Shown here: positions 35,884 through 46,852 of the stretch, one piece after another | Layout: each line of letters starts with the position of its first letter | Position numbering within the stretch: position 1 is the stretch's first letter | Origin: a virus | Taxonomy: Duplodnaviria; Caudoviricetes | Strand: one strand, 5' to 3' | DNA: 62,439 nt | Virus record (IMG/VR): IMGVR_UViG_3300036801_000157 | Span: 1-62,439 of that record | Made by a program: the position numbers and the translations under genes | Notes under the pieces: model-generated | The model's input: only the letters and a program-made list of their open reading frames with translations | Database searches by the model: none | Told to the model about the DNA's origin: nothing

Positions 35884-37098
35884 CTATGCATTCCCTTGCG
35901 GCAGCGATGGCACCCACGCGCACCGGCAACGTGGATGAAGTGGAATCAGCCCTCGCGCCTCGTCCAGCGTGTAGGTGTCTTCGGCCGCCGCGAGGCAGAT
36001 TTTGCAGACGCGATCGTCGCCAGCCGTTTCTATTTTGAAGACATCAGGTTCAGTCGCCTGCGCCAATTCCAATTGCGCCTCGGCCAGTTCTTTTCTGGCC
36101 TGCTCGGCCGCCTGAAAAGTCGCCGACGCTTCGGCTTGCGCCTGCGTGAGCGCGGTCTGCATCTCCGCTTCCTTCACCGCAGCGTTCGAAGCCTTGATGT
36201 TGGCACGCGCCGCCTGTGTTTCGGCGTTGGCGCGGTATTGCTCTGGCGCGACCTCAGCAGCCGCCTCGGCCTGTTGCGCCAAACCCAAAGTGCGCTCGGC
36301 CTCGGCCTCGGCCGTCTCCACTCGTGCGCTGGCGACCTCCACATCAGCCTTGGATTGCGCCTCGGTTAACTCGGCCTCAGTCAAACGCTGTTGCGCCTCG
36401 TCAACCCGCTGTTGGGCCGCAGCGATCTCGTCCGGCGTGGCATCCCGCACATGCGCGTGATCATGCTTGACCAATCGTCTGCCGAACCGGGAAGGCCGCG
36501 GCGGCTCGAGCATTTCAGCATCGATCCCGACCCGCGTGATTCCGATGGCACCGAAGTGATCCAGCCGGCCTGCATTGTGAAGCCACACGACCAGCGTATC
36601 GACCGCTGTCTTGACACGCGCCTGCCCGACCTTGCGCAGCACAGCCAGAACTTGCTGATACATCGGCAGCGGCTTGCGCCCGCCAATCGCCGCGCTCGCG
36701 GCCTGCCTCGACACCCCCTGAGTCATAGCCGCGGCAATGCCGTCAAATTCGCGCTGCGCCAGCTCCCTGTACACGATCGGCGGTGCCCGGCTATTGGCAG
36801 GCTGGCTGCCGGTGAGCGCGCCGGCGGCCTCCATACCACCGCTGTAGGCCCGCTGCAGGAACCTCTCCCACCACGGCCCGCCGAGTTGCTCGTTGGCAAC
36901 ACGCTCGAACCATCCAGCAAATGCCGCCAATCGGTAACCGGGCTGGCCCAGCAATTCGGCCACCGGATCATTTCTGGCCGACATTAAATCATGCTGCACA
37001 AGCATAGTGTGCGTCTGCGACCGCACGCGCGCGAGCCGGCGATTGGCCTCGCCCAGAAACGATCTGCGTAACGCGTATGTGCCGGTCGGATCAGTCAT
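35884..37098 (-). CDS. Head morphogenesis protein (Mu gpF-like)
   Basis: DPTGT..LR, TAGDDRVC..C, IPLHPRCRC. Confidence 0.85.
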   Translation of the reverse strand: MTDPTGTYALRRSFLGEANRRLARVRSQTHTMLVQHDLMSARNDPVAELLGQPGYRLAAFAGWFERVANEQLGGPWWERFLQRAYSGGMEAAGALTGSQPANSRAPPIVYRELAQREFDGIAAAMTQGVSRQAASAAIGGRKPLPMYQQVLAVLRKVGQARVKTAVDTLVVWLHNAGRLDHFGAIGITRVGIDAEMLEPPRPSRFGRRLVKHDHAHVRDATPDEIAAAQQRVDEAQQRLTEAELTEAQSKADVEVASARVETAEAEAERTLGLAQQAEAAAEVAPEQYRANAETQAARANIKASNAAVKEAEMQTALTQAQAEASATFQAAEQARKELAEAQLELAQATEPDVFKIETAGDDRVCKICLAAAEDTYTLDEARGLIPLHPRCRCAWVPSLPQGNA

Positions 37099-37201
37099 TT
37101 CACCCTGTGACAATTTGGCCTAATGGATTTCCTGTTGGCCATATTGACCAGCCGGACAAAATGTCCTACATTACAAACATAGGAACAAAGGAGACGGACA
37201 C

Positions 37202-37345
37202 ATGACAAAGAACGAGCAGATCGCCTACCAAGCCGGCCTCATCGCAGCAAGCTACCCGGTTGAAGGCCCTGAATACAAAGACCAGAAAATAAAGGCAGCC
37301 TACGAAAAAGGAAAAGCAGACCGAGCAAAGATGGAACCGAGATAA
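37202..37345 (+). CDS. Small hypothetical protein
   Basis: AAGGAG RBS; MTKNEQIAYQAG...; followed by GCCCCTCC-GAAA-GGAGGGGC hairpin. Confidence 0.55.
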   Translation: MTKNEQIAYQAGLIAASYPVEGPEYKDQKIKAAYEKGKADRAKMEPR

Positions 37346-37402
37346 ACCGAAACCAGCCCCTCCGAAAGGAGGGGCGCCAACCACCAGAAAGAAGAATGAA
37401 AA

Positions 37403-37753
37403 ATGACACCGCGAATGACAATCACCTGGAACGTTTTGGAATGCGCCAAAGACGCCGGCGCAGTCCGCAAGCGCAAGCCGGCAGACGTTATGCCAGCAAT
37501 GACCATCAAGCCCAAGAAGCCAAAACCAATGACTCCGGCCGCCTATCGCGATGCCATCGCGCAACTCGACCTCACTCAAGTCGCCGCCAGCGACTTCTTC
37601 GAGACCGCCCGCCGGACCTCACCGCGCTGGGCGCAAGGCGAAGCCAGGATACCGGGTGCCGTCAAAAAGCTGCTCGCCGTCATGATCAGCGAGGGTCTCC
37701 TTCCGGAAGATGTCGACAAGATCGTCAACCAGTGGACCACGAAAAGAGAATGA
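37403..37753 (+). CDS. Helix-turn-helix protein
   Basis: MTPAAYRDAIAQLDLTQVAAS.FF....RT..RW..GEA.IP. Confidence 0.7.
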   Translation: MTPRMTITWNVLECAKDAGAVRKRKPADVMPAMTIKPKKPKPMTPAAYRDAIAQLDLTQVAASDFFETARRTSPRWAQGEARIPGAVKKLLAVMISEGLLPEDVDKIVNQWTTKRE

Positions 37754-37754
37754 A

Positions 37755-38186
37755 ATGACCAGAATCGACAAAGTGTTCGTCATAGGATGCAGCGTTGCAT
37801 TCATAGGAACAGTAACAGCACTGTGGGCACACCAGCAGCAACCCACATTTCACTTATCACCCACACAAATAGATCAGATTCTAAAGACGCCAAGAATGTC
37901 AGATGAAGAGATACAGCAGTCGCACCTTGCCGCAGTGCGCGCGCAAGCGGAGTACGAGACTGCTCTCAAATGTCAACCCAATATGGGTAAGTTCTCAAGC
38001 TTGCACACTGGCATGTCCATGTCCGAAATATTGAATATCATGGGCTGCGCTGGATCAATGCTAAGCAGTTCGACTATAGCTGGCTATCGAACTGATATGT
38101 TCGAATGGCAGGGCTCGCCAGGAAACATGAACGTCATGTTTCAAAATGGCAGGCTTATCTCGAAGGCGCAATCGGGGCTGCGTTGA
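37755..38186 (+). CDS. Membrane-anchored BLIP/DUF3862-like protein
   Basis: N-terminal TM; TGMS.SEI.NIMG..G, MNVMFQNG.LISKAQ.GL. Confidence 0.7.
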   Translation: MTRIDKVFVIGCSVAFIGTVTALWAHQQQPTFHLSPTQIDQILKTPRMSDEEIQQSHLAAVRAQAEYETALKCQPNMGKFSSLHTGMSMSEILNIMGCAGSMLSSSTIAGYRTDMFEWQGSPGNMNVMFQNGRLISKAQSGLR

Positions 38187-38204
38187 TCTGCTTCGGCTTG
38201 TCGC

Positions 38205-40919
38205 TCACTGCCCCGTCTGCGATCTTCGCTGCAATGATGTCAACGGCGCCTGCTTCGCACCTCGCGCCTTGCCAGGTGCCTTCGCCTTGGGTGCGGCTTT
38301 TGCCTTCTTCGGCTTCGGAGCTGCCTTAGCCTTCGGAGCCGCTTTCGGCTTCGGACCTTTCTTTGGCTTGGGCCCAGCCTTGGCCTTGCCGCCTCCTTTG
38401 GCACCCTTACCACCACCGCCACCTTTGCCGCCGCCCGATCCCTTGCCTTGGCCTTGACCCTGGCCTTGACCCTGGCCCTTCTGCGGCTTGTCTCCCTTGG
38501 CTGCGGCCTTCGCCTCTTTCGCAGCCTTCGCAGCGTCCGCCTTCGCGGCCTGCGCGTCCGCGCGCGCCTGCTTGGCATCAGCCTTGTCCTTCGCGCTGGC
38601 GTCTTTCGCAGCCGCCTTCTCCTCGGCCTTCTGCGCTTTCGCCTCGGCCTTGGCAGCCTTGTCCGCAGCCTTAGCCTCAGCCTTGGCGGCCTTGGCCTCC
38701 GCACGCGCCTGCTTGGCCTCGTCTTGAGCGTTTTGCTTTTGGTTCGCCTTCAAATCCTTGTCAGCCGCCTTGGCCTCGGCGGCAGCCGCCTTCGCCTCGG
38801 CCTTGTCCGCCCGATCCTTGGCGGCCGCAGCCTGCTTGTCGGCCTTCGCCTGCGCGGCCGTCTTGTTCGCCTCAGCCTTCGCGGCCTCCTTTGCAGCGGC
38901 CGCCTCGGCCTTTGCCTTGTTGGCCTCGTCACGCGCCGCCTTGGCCGCGTCCTTGTCCGCCTGCTTGGCGTCTTTCGCCGCCGCCTTGGCCTCAGCCGCC
39001 TTGGCCTTTTCCTCAGCCGCGTCGGCCTTGTCTTGCGCCCTGTCCGCTTCCTTGTCGGCCTTCGCCTGCGCCTTTTCCGCTGCAGTTGCCTCTTTCGCCT
39101 TGCCTGCCTCGGCCTTCGCAGCCTCCTTTGCCGCAGCCGCCTCGGCCTTTGCCTTGTCAGGCTCTTTCGTAGGCTTCTCGGCGGCCTTGCCCTTCTCAGG
39201 TGTCTTCTCAGCCGACTTATCAGGCTTCTTGGATTTCTCGGGCTTACTGGCACCACCACCGGGAGACGAGGCAAACAGGCCAGCGGGCCCGTGATTCGGA
39301 TTGAAGTCGGCAACGACGCCACGGGCGTCGCCCGCACCCTTGCCACCTGGGAACGTGCTCTTGCGCATGTTCGGCGGAAGCTGCCCAGTCTGCCCTGGCT
39401 GCGGCGGTGGCGGCCCGCCAGGCATGCCACCAGGCCCGGGTGGCGCTACCGGCGGCGGCGCATTCGGATCGAACGGCGCGGTATGCTGGCCAGGGCCAAA
39501 CAGCGTTCCAACCGGCGCCGGCTGCGGCGTGTTCTGTTCCTCGATCGTGTCGCCTTCCATGGCCGCGTCGTCGAGCGCCTTCTCAAAGCCAGGATAAACG
39601 CCGTCCTCGATCAACTGATTGGCACGCCCATTGGCCAATGCCACCGGCGGTAATTGCGCGGCATTCACGTCGATCTGGTACGCCTGCGCTTTCTTGAGCG
39701 CGATGTCGGCCTTGTCGCCATCCGACAATTGCCACAGCGAATTCCATTCGTACCAGACCTCGGGCGGACGCGTACCGAGCGCCGAGCGGATCAGCACCTC
39801 GTCGAGCGCCGTCATCGCAGGAGTCAACGTAACCGTCTGCTCCGAGGACAGCCGATCGTAATAGTTCCTGAAATCAGCCTCTCCAGTCACATTCAATCCG
39901 CGATGCGGCAATCCGAGAAATCTGCCAGCCGGAATATCCACCGCGCCGGAAGCGATCTGTAAATATGTCGAAAGCACCTGTGGCGCAGCCGTTAGATTGG
40001 CCTCGACGCGCTGCCATTTCTCGTTGCCATCGATCAGCACTGTGTTGATGACGCTCTTGGCGGCATTCGCGGCCTGGAAGCGAGCGATCATCTTGCGCTC
40101 GCCTTCCTTGGTCGACAGAATGCTCTTCAATTCAGGAACGCTGATGATGTCGACCTTCATTTCGGCTACCAGCGTCGCCAGCGAGCCGGAAACCAGCGAG
40201 CACATTTTCACAGCATCGCTCACCGCTTGCAGAACGCTGTCGCCCCAGACCGTGTTTAATAATTGATCGGCAGTGTCCATGCCGATCAGCTTGATCACCC
40301 GCGAAGGGTGCAGCCTCACCTGCGTCTTGGAAAAATTCGGATCAGATGGATCGTTGGTCTGGAATGATCTATCGACCGGACGGTTCTGCGCTTCGTAATA
40401 TTCAGGCTGCCCGTAATATCTCGACGAAATGTCGTAAATAACCGGTCCCATGCTGATCTGATTGCGCGAGACGACGTGCAAGAACTTCAGCGAATCCTTG
40501 GTGACATCATCGTAATTAAGCTCCTCCTCGGGATCGCCGGCATCGACTCCGATGATGATCGCCGAGCCGCCATAAAGCCGCGCCTTGATCAGAGCTTGCT
40601 GAACCTTCTTCTGTAACAATAATTTCTTTTCGGTCGCCTCCAGCAATTGAATCTGATCCGGATCGGCCTGCCAATTCCGCCATTGTCGCGTCATGTCGAA
40701 AGCGGGAACATCAACCGCTTTCCTACTAATCCAATCGCCGCGATAACTAAATTCCAATTCCTGCGTCGTCAATAATGCGAATGTGTAGGCCTGCGACATG
40801 AATTTGTCGCGGCCAGGAACGCCAAGACCAGCGAGCAAATTAATATAACCGTCAGACCACCGGACGGCCTCCGTCGGCGGCATGCTTACAACATTGTCTT
40901 GCGCATCAGTCATGATCAC
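38205..40919 (-). CDS. Portal protein (DUF1073 type) with long Lys/Ala-rich C-terminal tail
   Basis: Y..DW..RK.VD.PA.DM.R.W, ARLYGGS, HPSRV, IP..R.LG, GEAD..NYYD, W..LW. Confidence 0.9.
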   Translation of the reverse strand: MIMTDAQDNVVSMPPTEAVRWSDGYINLLAGLGVPGRDKFMSQAYTFALLTTQELEFSYRGDWISRKAVDVPAFDMTRQWRNWQADPDQIQLLEATEKKLLLQKKVQQALIKARLYGGSAIIIGVDAGDPEEELNYDDVTKDSLKFLHVVSRNQISMGPVIYDISSRYYGQPEYYEAQNRPVDRSFQTNDPSDPNFSKTQVRLHPSRVIKLIGMDTADQLLNTVWGDSVLQAVSDAVKMCSLVSGSLATLVAEMKVDIISVPELKSILSTKEGERKMIARFQAANAAKSVINTVLIDGNEKWQRVEANLTAAPQVLSTYLQIASGAVDIPAGRFLGLPHRGLNVTGEADFRNYYDRLSSEQTVTLTPAMTALDEVLIRSALGTRPPEVWYEWNSLWQLSDGDKADIALKKAQAYQIDVNAAQLPPVALANGRANQLIEDGVYPGFEKALDDAAMEGDTIEEQNTPQPAPVGTLFGPGQHTAPFDPNAPPPVAPPGPGGMPGGPPPPQPGQTGQLPPNMRKSTFPGGKGAGDARGVVADFNPNHGPAGLFASSPGGGASKPEKSKKPDKSAEKTPEKGKAAEKPTKEPDKAKAEAAAAKEAAKAEAGKAKEATAAEKAQAKADKEADRAQDKADAAEEKAKAAEAKAAAKDAKQADKDAAKAARDEANKAKAEAAAAKEAAKAEANKTAAQAKADKQAAAAKDRADKAEAKAAAAEAKAADKDLKANQKQNAQDEAKQARAEAKAAKAEAKAADKAAKAEAKAQKAEEKAAAKDASAKDKADAKQARADAQAAKADAAKAAKEAKAAAKGDKPQKGQGQGQGQGQGKGSGGGKGGGGGKGAKGGGKAKAGPKPKKGPKPKAAPKAKAAPKPKKAKAAPKAKAPGKARGAKQAPLTSLQRRSQTGQ

Positions 40920-40920
40920 C

Positions 40921-40955
40921 CTTGCATTAATCTGACAAATAGGCCACTTTGGCCG
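40921..40955 (+). promoter_or_regulatory. Putative promoter of array 4
   Basis: CTTGCATT-N13-GGCCA-CTTT-GGCCG. Confidence 0.6.
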
Positions 40956-41016
40956 TGCGGCGTCGAGCGTTCTCGGCGCGGTCGCCCGGTAGCGTTAAAC
41001 CGGGAATTGATCGAGG

Positions 41017-41366
41017 GGCACGGTTCGGACAGGCGAGAACGAGGCGCGGCCAGACAGCGCTCGATAATCTTTGGCAGGAGCGGCTAGACCGGACGGGGCG
41101 AGGCTGGGCATGGCGCGTTCGGGCAAAGCGCAGCGTGGCAAGGCAGGCGTGGTTGGGTTGGACATGGTGCGGCATGGACTGGCGGGGTCAGGCGGGGCTT
41201 GGCCTGGCAGGCCAGGCACGTCGGGCGCAGCGAGTCTAGTGCAGGCAAGGCACGGCGCGGCGAGGCATGTCGCGGCAGGGATTGGCATGGCAGGCGCGGT
41301 CCGGTGCGGCTGAGCAGGACGTGGCTGGGCGCGGTGCGGATTTGCCCGGCAACGCAAGGCCGGCAG
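41017..41366 (+). ncRNA. Array 4: 4 full GGY-NN units plus leader-proximal part
   Basis: GGCAGG at 41073, 41142, 41206, 41289, final GGCAG 41362; leader 40956-41024 resembles leaders of arrays 1 and 2. Confidence 0.85.
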
Positions 41367-41373
41367 AATGTTT

Positions 41374-41407
41374 GGTGGCGGTCGTCCTTCGGGGCGGCCG
41401 TCATTTT
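41374..41407 (+). terminator. cUUCGg hairpin terminator after array 4
   Basis: GGCGGTCGTCC-TTCG-GGGCGGCCGTC then ATTTT. Confidence 0.75.
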
Positions 41408-43233
41408 CAACGCATCCTGCGCGCACGAATAAATCCAGTCGCGGTCGTAGTCGGCCCTAGCCCCACAAGATAAATCGTGGTGGCGACGTTGACGTTGAAA
41501 CGGCACACACCCGTCGGCATCGACATCGCCGCCTTGCCGAAATTCATCGAGAGATCATTCATGGCGCCGACGCCGGTCGCGAGCTGCGCCGCGGTCGGCA
41601 ACACGGCCGACGCATTGCTGATCGCAACGGCCATTCGCGTCGCGGCTGATGCTGGCGCGACGAAGCTCACCACACCGGAAACATCCCAATCGCCAGGACT
41701 CAGCAGAAGAGAGCCGATATTCGCAGCAATGCCGCTAGTGAGATTGACGGCCGTCGTAACCGAGGTCGAGAGAACCTCCCCAATTTTGCCAGCCGCCGCA
41801 TTGTCGGCCGCAATGGTGCCATTAGCAGCCGCCCGTGACGTATCGGTCGGATGGACATGATCGCCGCGCGACCATGCAGTTGCGACCCCAGTTGCAGCCG
41901 TCCCGTTCATGGTCGGGATGGCGTTCGAGGCGCCCGGCGTCAGCGGCACAAAAATCAAATTGTCGGTGCCTAACGTGGCCGTGTTATTCGGGTTTGCCGA
42001 AACCGCAACCGGACCAGGCGGGCCAGGAATGCCCTGCGCGCCGGATGTACCCTGTGTGCCGGCCACGCCCTGGGTGCCCTGTAGACCAGCTACGCCAGCC
42101 ACGCCGGCCGGCCCCTGTGGTCCCATTGGACCCATCGCGCCAGCGGCACCTTCTGGTCCCTGTAATCCTGCCGGTCCAGCAGCGCCCTGTTGCCCAATGA
42201 CCCGAACACCGAACAACACATTCGGCTTGTTGCCGCTAAGCGGCGTCGTCCCCTGCTTGACGAACGTCACTGCGAAAGAAACATAGGTGGTATTGTCGAC
42301 TGGCGGTCCGTTCAGCGTATAGACGGCATAGCAAGTCGAGTCGTTCGCCGCCTGGACGAAAACCTCGTCCCCTGCATTCGCCAAAAGCAATTGCAAGCGC
42401 TCGTCGACACCGTTCTGGTCAAGCGAGGCCACCCAGATTTGCGTGTTGCTCGGAGCATCCGCCCCATCAGTGCGGATCATTCCGTTGCCAGGCGGCGGCG
42501 TGGCAGCCGAGGCATACGCCCATGGCCACAAGCTGGTCGACGTGCCCGGCGAGCCCTGCGGTCCTTGTGGCCCGATTACGCCGGGATCACCTTGAGGCCC
42601 CGGCATGCCCTGTAGCCCGCTCGTACCGTCCTGGCCGGCGGCACCAGCCGGTCCTTGATCTCCTTGAAGCCCTTGGGGGCCTTCTAATCCCTGTGGCCCC
42701 TCAGCCCCGTCTTGCCCGGCCGGCCCTTGTGGACCTTGAGAGCCCTGGGGCCCGAGGTCGCCTTGCGGACCTGGAACACCCGGCGCGCCGTCAACGCCGG
42801 CAACGCCCGGCGGACCGACGGGCCCAGCCGGCCCTGGATCACCTTGTGGACCGGCCGGCCCAGGTGGCCCGACGCCACCAGCGCTGCCTACCGCGGTCCA
42901 ATCCGCATTCTGGCGCCCGTAAATCGTGCCGTCCGTCGGCGCCTCGGCAATGCCGCCACCGCCATCGGTCGGCACCGTCGGACTGCTGCCATCCTGCGAA
43001 AACACCGCATCCGCGCGCCCGCGCATGAGGACGCCTTCATTGATCAGTGCCTGCTGGAACGAAGCCATGATCGGGTCGTCGAGGTCGACCCAATTGAGCG
43101 CTATCGCTTGATCCCAGCGCCGCATGATGTTGCCGCCGACAAACTGCACGCCGCGCATGCGATGACGGAACAACGAAAATTCAGCGTCGGTGAACCTGCT
43201 CGTCCAATCCGTGAATGTGAGGTATGCTCCCAT
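41407..43233 (-). CDS. Collagen-like fibre protein
   Basis: Two long Gly-X-Y tracts; [19 protein letters not shown]-terminal GDWDV...IRARR.R. Confidence 0.85.
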   Translation of the reverse strand: MGAYLTFTDWTSRFTDAEFSLFRHRMRGVQFVGGNIMRRWDQAIALNWVDLDDPIMASFQQALINEGVLMRGRADAVFSQDGSSPTVPTDGGGGIAEAPTDGTIYGRQNADWTAVGSAGGVGPPGPAGPQGDPGPAGPVGPPGVAGVDGAPGVPGPQGDLGPQGSQGPQGPAGQDGAEGPQGLEGPQGLQGDQGPAGAAGQDGTSGLQGMPGPQGDPGVIGPQGPQGSPGTSTSLWPWAYASAATPPPGNGMIRTDGADAPSNTQIWVASLDQNGVDERLQLLLANAGDEVFVQAANDSTCYAVYTLNGPPVDNTTYVSFAVTFVKQGTTPLSGNKPNVLFGVRVIGQQGAAGPAGLQGPEGAAGAMGPMGPQGPAGVAGVAGLQGTQGVAGTQGTSGAQGIPGPPGPVAVSANPNNTATLGTDNLIFVPLTPGASNAIPTMNGTAATGVATAWSRGDHVHPTDTSRAAANGTIAADNAAAGKIGEVLSTSVTTAVNLTSGIAANIGSLLLSPGDWDVSGVVSFVAPASAATRMAVAISNASAVLPTAAQLATGVGAMNDLSMNFGKAAMSMPTGVCRFNVNVATTIYLVGLGPTTTATGFIRARRMR

Positions 43234-43244
43234 TGTTCTCCAGC

Positions 43245-45587
43245 TCAATCCGCTCCAATCCAGCCAAGATCGAGATCGTAATTGCGAGCGCGATCATCGA
43301 AGCATTTCCATGCAAGACCAAGGGCCATACAGCAATCGTCAAAAAGTCCAGGAGGAGCCGCATAGCGAATACCAAGGCGAGTCCATTCGTATTCCATGGA
43401 TAGCAGCTCGATGCTGATCGGCCCCTCGGGAAACCGCACCTTGCGCTCGTGGATCGCCAACCCGAGCCCTTCCATCAGCCCCTGCTTGGACGCCTGCGTG
43501 AACCTGAAACCTTCGAGCCGCGGACAACTCAGCTCGATCACCTCGGCGCGGTTCGATCCGCTGCGCACCGGCAGCTTGATGGCTTCGACTATCGGATCAC
43601 CGACACCAGTCTCATCCACCAAAGCAGGCGTGTTGCCCACGTATTTCTTGATAATGTCCACTGTGACATGCCAAGGCCGCTGGAAGCGCAACGCTTCGCA
43701 GACGTGGCCATCCTCATCAAGGCCGATGCCGACCGTATAATCCACCTTTCTCGCCAGGTCCCAGCCCCATGCCACCGCGGGCCGCTCGCTCAATGGCGCA
43801 AAACATGCCCTGATATGCTGGGCACCGAACGGATTGCCCTCGTCGTCGCTCGGCTCGGCGAGATAAAGCTCCTTGAAGACATGCTCTGGCAGCATCGCCT
43901 TCGCCGATCTGATCTCCTCATCTGCGAGCACGCCAGCAGCAACCGCATCCCATGCCGTTATCTTGTGGTAACCGAAATTCGGCATGCCTTGCTCGGCCAA
44001 ACGCGCCAATTGGAAAAACCAGTTTTGGCGTCCCTTGACATTTCCGATTATGCGGATCGGACCGCGCGTCGCCGTCAGTGTCGAGCGGATGGCATGAAAT
44101 GCCTCTTCACGACATCTGCTCGCTTCGTCCACTACGCAGGCATAGACATCTTCACCGTAAAGTGAATTACCAGACCAGCAAGGCTTTCCGTTGCGCCTGA
44201 CAAGAATGCATGTATTCGGAACCGAAACACAATGCACCGTACCATCATATGAGCGGCCCTCATAAAATGGACCGGCCTTCGTTGAACTAAGACATCGCGA
44301 TGTCAATTCCGAAAACATAACTCGATAGAGTGGAGCGCGCTGCATAATGTCGCGTCCATCCTTCAATTTGCCGGATGACATCTCCGGATTTGGATGTTTG
44401 ACGCCGATAATCGCGCTATAGCCGCACTTGAGAGCGATTTCCTGAATATCGTCCGCTAGCCGTTTACTAGCTGTCCAGATGACTTCAATATGCCCACGAC
44501 GGATGCAACCATCACCCATGGCGAGCCACACCAGCAATGTGCGCAGCTTATCCGGTGGAAGCTGCTTCACTGCACATGGAATATATTTTTTATATTTGTC
44601 GCCCAACACAACAAGATAAGACCAAAGTTCCTTGTCCCATATTTTTAATCCGGCCGAATATTCTTTCGTCTTGTGCCCTAATCTTGCAAGCACTTCGCCA
44701 AACGCTTCTCGAACTTCGCCCTTCTCGCCACCCTTGATCCCAGCCGTTTGTGCAAAATGAATGCGATAACCGTTGCGCGCCACGAGCGCTGCAGCTTTCT
44801 CAATTGTGCTGGCATTGCCAAGAGCCGAACCTTCAGCCAAATAGAAACCTAAAAATGCGCAAAAATCATGCGTCATGACATCGTTGTCAAAGCCATCCCA
44901 TCGAGAGTGCATTGGAATCGTATCATACGCCTTTAGCTCACTCGCTGGCACCCACATTTCAACTGATCTCGGCTTGGCACGCCTACCTGGACCGAGCCGA
45001 GATGCTCCACGCTTGCGCTGCACAATCTGCCGATGATTTGGTGTCACCAACAAATCGATCTTGTTCGCCCGAATGGCGACCATTTCGCCATTATAAGGCT
45101 GATGAATGATACGCGTTGGTCGTTGCCATTCAGCCACCCCACCAGGTGATCGCGTCATCACATCGTCCGTAGTGAGAACATCTGCAAAATACTTCCACCC
45201 ATCCAGAGTAAGCACCTCTGTCTCACTGTCATAACAGTCAGGCCGATCAGAGCCGCGAAATGCAATCACCGCGCCATTGATCATAGTCAGCGTATGATCG
45301 GTAAGGTGGGTGGTGAAAACCGATCTCCCATCCTGATCGAGAAAATGCTGACGCATCCGATTGAAGGCAATGCGAGCCTGCAATGTGACCGGCGCAACCC
45401 ACCAAAAATTCTGTCCTGGCCCGCCCTTGAGCGCCTGCTCGTACAGCCAAATGATGGCGCTCACCGTCTTGCCAGATTTAGCGCTCGCCTCGATCAGCGA
45501 AATGCGCGCCGGATCGAACATGGCCGCGCGCTGCTTTTCATACAGCGGCGGCCGCTTGTAGATGATCTCGTGCGCCTGCTCGCTCAT
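43245..45587 (-). CDS. terL: Terminase large subunit containing an intein
   Basis: ASAKSGKT Walker A, VVDEA Walker B, GWDLA..VDYT, DETGVG, DDCCMAL. Confidence 0.92.
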   Translation of the reverse strand: MSEQAHEIIYKRPPLYEKQRAAMFDPARISLIEASAKSGKTVSAIIWLYEQALKGGPGQNFWWVAPVTLQARIAFNRMRQHFLDQDGRSVFTTHLTDHTLTMINGAVIAFRGSDRPDCYDSETEVLTLDGWKYFADVLTTDDVMTRSPGGVAEWQRPTRIIHQPYNGEMVAIRANKIDLLVTPNHRQIVQRKRGASRLGPGRRAKPRSVEMWVPASELKAYDTIPMHSRWDGFDNDVMTHDFCAFLGFYLAEGSALGNASTIEKAAALVARNGYRIHFAQTAGIKGGEKGEVREAFGEVLARLGHKTKEYSAGLKIWDKELWSYLVVLGDKYKKYIPCAVKQLPPDKLRTLLVWLAMGDGCIRRGHIEVIWTASKRLADDIQEIALKCGYSAIIGVKHPNPEMSSGKLKDGRDIMQRAPLYRVMFSELTSRCLSSTKAGPFYEGRSYDGTVHCVSVPNTCILVRRNGKPCWSGNSLYGEDVYACVVDEASRCREEAFHAIRSTLTATRGPIRIIGNVKGRQNWFFQLARLAEQGMPNFGYHKITAWDAVAAGVLADEEIRSAKAMLPEHVFKELYLAEPSDDEGNPFGAQHIRACFAPLSERPAVAWGWDLARKVDYTVGIGLDEDGHVCEALRFQRPWHVTVDIIKKYVGNTPALVDETGVGDPIVEAIKLPVRSGSNRAEVIELSCPRLEGFRFTQASKQGLMEGLGLAIHERKVRFPEGPISIELLSMEYEWTRLGIRYAAPPGLFDDCCMALGLAWKCFDDRARNYDLDLGWIGAD
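44166..45236 (-). mobile_element. Intein (357 aa) with LAGLIDADG endonuclease
   Basis: Starts [10 protein letters not shown], block [14 protein letters not shown] and MGDG motifs, ends VHCVSV...RRNGK..WSGN followed by Ser. Confidence 0.9.
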
Positions 45588-45795
45588 GGCTTGCCATGGC
45601 GGCGCACCCAGCGCCGATCCGGCGACGGCACTTCACGCCCGATGCGGAAAACGGCATGACGTAGATGATGCGAGAGCGAGTGCCACAATTTCTCGTCGTC
45701 ACGCTGCTGGTGGCGCAGACGCTCAAAATCATCCAAGGCGTGCGTGCGCTTGCTGGACATTGGTGGTCATTCACAGCCTGCCATCGATCTCATGT

Positions 45796-46191
45796 TCATT
45801 GCAATTTCTTCCTGAAATAATTCACTGCGTCCCCGATCATGCGCGGCGTTGTCACGATTTCGGTGGCGTCATCCATGACGGCAAGCGCACATTCCTGGCA
45901 CAGCTTGCGTCCAGCCGGAGCATGCGGACGAAACTGCACCCGATGTCCGCAATCGCTGCATTTCCCCGTCGCATTGTCCGGCAGCAGCAATGGCGTAGTG
46001 ATCCGAGCGCAAACAACCACCAATTCGTCATCGTCAATCATTTTTGGCGTTTCGATCCAATGCTGATATGTCTCGCCGAGACATCGGCCCTTCCATGGAC
46101 AACGATCGCAGTCGCAACCCTTGCGAAACTGCCATTCGCATCCTGGCAATGGCCGTCTCGATGGCCGCATTGGAATCTTTGCATTGCTCAT
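45796..46191 (-). CDS. Cys-rich Zn-finger hypothetical protein
   Basis: CDRC, CSDCG, LCQEC. Confidence 0.55.
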   Translation of the reverse strand: MSNAKIPMRPSRRPLPGCEWQFRKGCDCDRCPWKGRCLGETYQHWIETPKMIDDDELVVVCARITTPLLLPDNATGKCSDCGHRVQFRPHAPAGRKLCQECALAVMDDATEIVTTPRMIGDAVNYFRKKLQ

Positions 46192-46706
46192 TTCTTGGCG
46201 TCTCGTTTCGCCAGCGCCGTCGCATAATCGCGGCCGAGCATGTCCGTGCCGCGCACGAAATCCTCGGGAAACAAGCCGCGATGGCAATGCGGACAAGCCG
46301 GGATCATGTTGCGATGGCGCCAAGCCTGATCGATCGCCTTGGCCGCCAGCGAGCGCACACTGAAACTCTCGGCTTCCTTCAACGCGATCTCGCGCTCATC
46401 CAAACGATGCAGCGCGCCGCTGTATTGACTCACGAGCTGCTCGAAAGCGTCGAACGCCTCGACATTCCTTTGGCAGTCCTTGCACCAGATGCGGCGCTTG
46501 ACATTATCGTACACGAGCGACCGGTGCAGGCACGAACCATGGTGCCGCCGCGTCCAGCCACGCGCAACCCGGAGATCGCCGATGTCGACCACGGTCACGC
46601 CACCGATAAAAGCCTGCTCCTCGATCGCAGGATCGCGCTCGCGCAGCGGACAGCCCGGCACTTGGCACGGCGCCGTGACCTCGGTGTGGCAATCAGGGCA
46701 TAACAT
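46188..46706 (-). CDS. Zn-ribbon hypothetical protein
   Basis: C.H....YD...RRIWCKDC, CPHC.RG. Confidence 0.65.
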   Translation of the reverse strand: MLCPDCHTEVTAPCQVPGCPLRERDPAIEEQAFIGGVTVVDIGDLRVARGWTRRHHGSCLHRSLVYDNVKRRIWCKDCQRNVEAFDAFEQLVSQYSGALHRLDEREIALKEAESFSVRSLAAKAIDQAWRHRNMIPACPHCHRGLFPEDFVRGTDMLGRDYATALAKRDAKK

Positions 46707-46852
46707 TTGGCAATTATAGCCAACACAAGCGCCGATCAGCAAGGCCGGCACGCGGGACTCGGGGGAAAAGCGAGAAAGACCCCGATTTCGTCAGGGGACA
46801 GCCCTTTCACGCCGCGTGCCGGCTCGATCGCGTAGGCTGCCGAAAGCCCAAA

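Noticed and set aside
38240-39653. Long alternative-frame ORFs over the portal tail, tape measure and collagen gene
   Set aside because: Shadows of repetitive GC-rich coding sequence
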